From NCBI GenBank assembly GCA_009914755.4, contig CP068257.2:32960001-33024000 (forward strand): 64,000 nt of DNA, given 5' to 3'. Origin of the DNA: the human T2T-CHM13v2.0 reference genome, Homo sapiens. The position numbers and the translations under genes were made by a program. This document shows positions 58,825 to 64,000 of this stretch, one piece after another. How positions within the stretch are numbered: the first letter of the stretch is position 1; the number at the start of each line of letters is the position of its first letter. Under the pieces are notes generated by a model, which ran no database searches, was not told where the DNA came from, and saw only the letters and a program-made list of their open reading frames with translations.

Positions 58825-59625
58825 TATTTCCCGGTTTTTGAACTGAAAATCCTGTCTTCTTGAAACACTCCCCTCAGTCCGGGCAAACTAGAATGGTTGT
58901 TCACCCTGTCTGGTACTGACTCTTGCAGTAGACAAAGATGAGATGATTTACAAGGTGGCATTTAAAGTTTGCAACTCTGCCAGCAGCACTGGGGGCTGGC
59001 TTGTCTACACTGTTTCAGGGTGTATAGATTGATAGTAACATCTGCTTTAACCAGTTACACAGCCTCATCTGCCTCTAAAAGATCCCTCTGCAGAGTTGCA
59101 AAAGCTCCCTTTCGATCAAGGTAATGTGCACACATTTGGTGGGTCATTCTGAAGACCGAGTTCACGCTGTGCAAATGAGAAAGGACAGCGAGGGTTTGTG
59201 CCTAAGTTTTCTAGCCTCTCTTAGGTTGCCTCCATTCTCTTTTCCTGACGTGCTCTATCCCTCACCTTTATTAAAGCTGTAGATGAGTGCACCTGTGGCA
59301 TACCTTTGAGTCCTTCCAATGATTCCATCCTAGAAGGATCTGCTCTAGCCTGATCACTCACCCCTTCCTTTGCAAACTCCTCAAACACCCTAGAAATAGG
59401 GCATTTCTAGCTCTATTGACTTGCTTGTGTTTGGAATCATGCCAGGATCTCTCCTCGCTCTGAACCTTGGCATTACCCTTAGATTCCCAAATGTCTCGTT
59501 TGGCCCCTTAAGGCTTATAATGGTGCCCCTCTTCTGTGCTCTCAGAGCTCTTGGTGCTTGTCCTCCACTAGCATTTACCAGCCTGTGCTGGACTTGCCTG
59601 CTTTCTGGCTTGAACCCTCCGGGAC

Positions 59626-60000
59626 TGTCTTAATCTGCTTAGGCTGCCATAACAAAGTACCACCGACTGGTGGCTTCAACAACAGAAATGTATTTTCCCA
59701 CAGCTCTGGAGACTGGAATTCTGAGATCATGGGACTAGCGTGGCTCCATTCCTGGTGAAGACTCTTCCTGGCTTGCAGACAGCTGCCTTCTTGAGGTATC
59801 CTCCAGTGCAGTTCCATTGTGTGTGTGTGCAGAGAAAGAGGGCCCTGGTGTCTGCTTCTCTTCTAATATGGTCACCAATCCTATCAATTTAGGATCTCAC
59901 CCCATAACCCTGTTTAGCTTTACCTCCTAAAACCATAGCTCTAAATATAGTCACATTGGAGGTTAGGGCTTCAGCATATGAATTTGAGAAAGGGGACACA
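59626..60000 (-). mobile_element. MaLR solitary LTR, MLT1-type (-)
   Basis: tgtcttaatctgcttaggctgccataacaaagtaccaccgactggtggcttcaacaacagaaatgtattttcccacagctctggagactgg is the reverse complement of the MLT1 3' end (cctccagaactgtgagaaataaatg...tatagcagcccgaactaagaca). Confidence 0.65.
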
Positions 60001-60002
60001 AC

Positions 60003-60125
60003 TCAGCCCATAGCATAGACTGTAAGCTCCCTGAGGGCACGGACTGTGCGGCATTCATCATTGAACTCCCGGTGCAATAATTGGCAATAAACATTTGCCG
60101 AGTAAATGAATGAATAAACTGATGA
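60003..60125 (+). mobile_element. MIR SINE 3' portion
   Basis: agactgtaagctccctgagggcacggactgtg...caataaacatttgccgagtaaatgaatgaataaa. Confidence 0.6.
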
Positions 60126-60967
60126 GGATGTCAGAGTCTTGCTGCACTCTTCACAACACCCCTCTGAGGTGAGTGAGACCTCATCCATTCACTGCAACCT
60201 TCTTCTGCTTTTTCCTCTCTACAGAGCTGAAGAGACAGAAACTATTTCCCAGCCTGCCTTGCAAACAGGGCTCCACATATGATTTGGAAGCTGCTGATTA
60301 GGTGCAGCCATGAGAGAGCTGACTTTGGAACTGAATTAAGTGCGAAGGGAGTGGCAGTAAGGGTCATATATATTTTTGTTGGTGCAGATCTAGTCGGTGT
60401 GGAGGGGCCATGGGGGTAAACATTGTCATGGTAGCCCCTGATCTCCATCACAGTTGAGGTGTTACATCACTGGAAGCAAAGGTTGATTCAGAGGTCCTGG
60501 GGCTGTGCCACTTCCTGATTCTAGAGTTTTGTGCTTGAGTTAAAAGAGGTGGCTTCCCTGGTGGGTTAGTCCTGCAGTATTGTTTTATGAGTCTTTCCTG
60601 CAGGCCTCTTCTCTAGCCTGCTTCTTTGACCCATGTGAAGGTTTTGTGAGCACACTACTCCTATATGAAATCCATTTCTGCTTAAAATAGTTAGAGTGGT
60701 TCCTGTGACTGCAAGGGAACCTTGCCTGAAACAGATGGAACTATCAAGCCCATCATACAGATGCATACCTGAAAAAATGAATGGCTACTCAAGGTCATAG
60801 AGGTTGTGATGTCTCAGCTGGTGTTTGAACCCAGGTATGACCTCAGTGAAGATGAGGAAGGTTGGTCCACAAAAATGGCATTGTATCTGGACCAAAGTTG
60901 AGAACAGGATAAACTGGTAAAGGGAAGACAGAACAGTGTGGGGATGGGAACACTAAGAGAGTAGATG

Positions 60968-61418
60968 GGCTGGGTTCAGTGACTCACGCCTGTAATTCCA
61001 GCCCTTTGGGAGGCCAGAGGATCACTTCAGCCCAGGAGTTTGCGACTAGCCTGGGCAACATAGTGAAACCCCCTTTTTATTTAAAAAAATAAAAAGGAGG
61101 AGAGAGGTGGAGCAAGATGGCAGAATAGAAGGCTCCACCCATCATCCACCCAGCAAGGCACCAATTTAACAACTATCTCCACACACATAAAAAAACACCT
61201 TTGTTAGAGCCCAGAATCAGGTGAGCACTCACAGTACCTGGTTTAAAAAACAAAAAAATTAGCTGGGTGCGGTGGTGCGCACTTGTGGTCTCAGCTGCTT
61301 GGGAGGCTGACATGGGAGGATCCCTTGAGCCCAGGAGTTTGAGGTTAGAGTGAGCTGTGGTCGTGCCTTTGCATTCCAGCCTGGGCAACAACGAGAGACC
61401 CTGTTTCAAAACCAAAAG
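60968..61418 (+). mobile_element. Alu left monomer (60968-61095) and right monomer (61248-61418) separated by ~150 bp of non-Alu sequence
   Basis: The left arm is ggctgggttcagtgactcacgcctgtaattccagccctttgggaggccagaggatcacttcagcccaggagtttgcgactagcctgggcaacatagtgaaacc plus an A-rich run. The right arm is attagctgggtgcggtggtgcgcacttgtggtctcagctgcttgggaggctga...gcattccagcctgggcaacaacgagagaccctgtttcaaaa. Confidence 0.7.
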
Positions 61419-62459
61419 GGAGAATGGATTACCACAGGGGCTCGACATGATCAAGTCAGTTTAGTAGGAACGACATGTGAGGCATGGCCCGGTCACAGGC
61501 ATGAAGGTTCAGAATATAGCCTGGAGTACACATGTATCCCTCTGGGCCAGGCAGAGGCTTCACATCTTGGTGAAAGGCCTGGTCGCACTTTCTCTGGGTT
61601 TCAGATGGACTGTTAATGCAAAGTTGTTTTTGTGTTTTTGCAAATCCCAGGAGCTGGTGGATGGGGATGGTGTGACCCTGTTGGAACCTGCTGGCTGGCA
61701 GCCCTCCTTCAGAGAGACACCGTTTGGAAATTACCAGAGGCCTAGAGCACCAACCCCTCCCCAGACCTTGGAAGAATTCACCATGATCCCCTGGTAGGTT
61801 CAAGTCCACAGAGGATGGATTCTGAAGGGGAACATGCAAACCCATCAGCACCAACCCAGAGCTGTTGTAATAAGTCATCACTCCTGGGGCAGGGAGACTT
61901 GACTCTTCCCCTGATGATTAGGAGTTTTGTTGTCTTTTGATGTTCCCAGGCCAGATGCCACAGTTATATTAGCAAAAGAACTCAAATAACCCTGAATAGA
62001 AGAAAGAGGAGACTCTCGTTATGATGCACCAATGATTGGTAAAGGTGACTTCCCACAGTGCTGTTTTGTTACAGGGCAATTTGCCAGGGTTGTTGAGGCC
62101 ACCATGTTACTCCCAGCACTACAGTGAGATATATATATGTACTTACTGGAAGATCTGCAATAGTGTAAGATGTACTATTGCCTCTTTGAGCTTTTGGACA
62201 GATGTGTGGCTTTAAGAACTGTTGTGCACCCTGCGCCAGACAGCCAACTCATCGGAGACCCCGAGGAAACAGTCAGTCAATTGGTAAAGGTGACCATACA
62301 TATCCTTATTCCCATGGGAATTCAGGTGCTTGGTTTATCAGAGTAGATTGTCACTAAAAATGTCCAAACTCTCTGATCATCTTTTTTTTTCACCCTCACC
62401 ACCCCCATGTTGATTTCAGACTTCTAGTCTCTGGAACTGCAAGATAATAAATTTCTGTT

Positions 62460-63130
62460 TTTTAAAAAAATTGTGGCAAAATATGTATAATATTTATCAT
62501 TTTAACCATTTGTAAGCATCCAATCCGGTGGCATTAAATACATTCCCAGTGTTGTGTAACCATCATCACTATCTGTACCTAAAATATTTTCCCCCATTGT
62601 TAACTCTGTACTCATTAAACAACAGCTCTGCCTCTCCACCCCGCCAACCCCTGCCCCTAGTAACTTCTATTCTACTTTCTATCTCTATGAATTTGACTAT
62701 TCTAGGTCCCTCATATAAGTGCAGTTACAAGACATTTGTCTTTCTGTGCCTGGCTTATTTCACTTAGCACAATATTTTCAAAGCTCATCCATGCTGCAGC
62801 ATGTATCAGAATTTCATTCCTCTTGATGGCTAAACAATGTTCCATCGCATGTGCATACTACATTTTGTTATCCATTTAACTGTTAATGGACACTGGGGTT
62901 GTTTTTACCTTTTGGCTATCGTGAATAATGTTGTCACAGACGTTGGTGTGAAAATACTGGTTTGAGTTTCACTTTCAGTTCTTTTGGATATATACTCAGA
63001 ATTAGAGTTGCTGAGTCATAGGATAATTCTATGTTTAATTTTTTGACGAACCACCAAACTTTTCTACAGCAGTTGCACTGTTTAATATTCTATTTTATTT
63101 TTCTTTTCTTAAGCAAAAAAGGGAATATGT
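62460..63130 (-). mobile_element. Old L1M LINE 3' end in reverse orientation
   Basis: Matches the reverse complement of the L1M 3'-end consensus as recalled (tttgtaagcatccaatccggtggcattaaatacattcccagtgttgtgtaaccatcatcactatc...tgaatttgactattctaggtccctcatataagtg...ggcttatttcacttagcacaatattttcaaagctcatccatgctgcagcatgtatcagaatttcattcc...). Confidence 0.7.
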
Positions 63131-64000
63131 TGGGCTCATGTAACAGAAAAGTTTGGGGTGGAACCAATATAGCTTGCTTCAGGAGTCTCTTAATCTCTCT
63201 GATCTCTCTCCATCTCGTCCCTGCCCCCTCCCACTGCATGCCTTTCTCAGGCTCCACGTGGTGACGAGATGGTTGCAGCAGCTCACACAACCTGTTCTAT
63301 TCAAGTTCATGTCCATTGACTCTGTGAGATCATTGGAGAAACTTTAGGGTTCTGGCTTACTAGAAGGGTGACTAGATTCTGGATGGCAAAGAGGACAGTT
63401 GTCCCCTACACCTTTCCCACTCCTTTAAATTTCCCCCACCTCAGGACAGCTTCAGCCTCTCCAGCCCAGCTCCATGTCCATAAACCTTCTGGTGTTCAGG
63501 AACTCAACTTCTCCATCACTTTTAATTCTTCCTTCTTGCTTGAACTGCACATCCAATCAGTTCCACTGCCCTGCCAATTCTTGCTTTGAAAATAGTTTTT
63601 CCTCTGAGTCACTTCCATGGAAAGCATTCATGATTCAGGTCCGCGTAAAGTGGTTACTACAAGTGCCTCAGATGCTGGCAGTGATAATGCATCCTGGGAG
63701 GTCTACACTGGTAAAATCGTCACCTAACAGGGGGACGGGCTGTCTGTAGAAGTCTCTAAGATGGGTTGGTTCCTTTGAGGCTGGAAATTAAAAAAAAATA
63801 AAATTTAAAAAAAAGTTTTCCTGTATTAGGCTGACTTGTCCCAGAGGCAGCAACAGGCACAGCCCAGACCCAGGAAAGGTCCTAATAATGTTATCTAATG
63901 TGCTCTGAAGACTCTCCCAGCACTCCCTCAACATAGAAAAAAAAATTTCCTTTGTTTTATGAAATGAGTTTGTAGGTTCCTCTTCTCTGTAACTAGTGAC

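Overview
This window is primate (human-like) nuclear DNA, not a prokaryotic locus. It carries about 25 Alu SINEs, many with intact target-site duplications and poly-A tails. It also carries MIR SINEs, old L1 (L1M/L1P) and L2 LINE fragments, and numerous solitary MaLR-type LTRs (MLT1/MST/THE1-like, each starting TG and ending CA). hAT-class DNA transposons, one of them with a perfect 8-bp TSD, and a mariner-derived MADE1 MITE are also present. The only protein-coding feature I can support is a minus-strand exon inside a roughly 1-kb CpG island (about 36.95-37.93 kb). Its 84-codon ORF matches what I recall as the N-terminus of the long isoform of RCAN1 (calcipressin-1/DSCR1) and ends in a consensus splice donor. 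That places the window at the RCAN1 5' end on chr21q22.12: about 37 kb of intron 1 at coordinates 1-37336, exon 1 with its CpG-island promoter, and about 26 kb of upstream intergenic DNA. No CRISPR, operon or other undescribed 'system' is present. The interesting items are retrotransposition footprints (nested Alus, a twin-priming-like micro-L1 insertion, a MADE1 disrupted by an Alu), a candidate alternative first exon/promoter at about 25.6-25.9 kb, a ~70-bp near-perfect palindrome, and promoter motifs around RCAN1 exon 1. Gene and repeat-family names are from memory of consensus sequences; coordinates were read from the printed numbering and may be off by a few bp.
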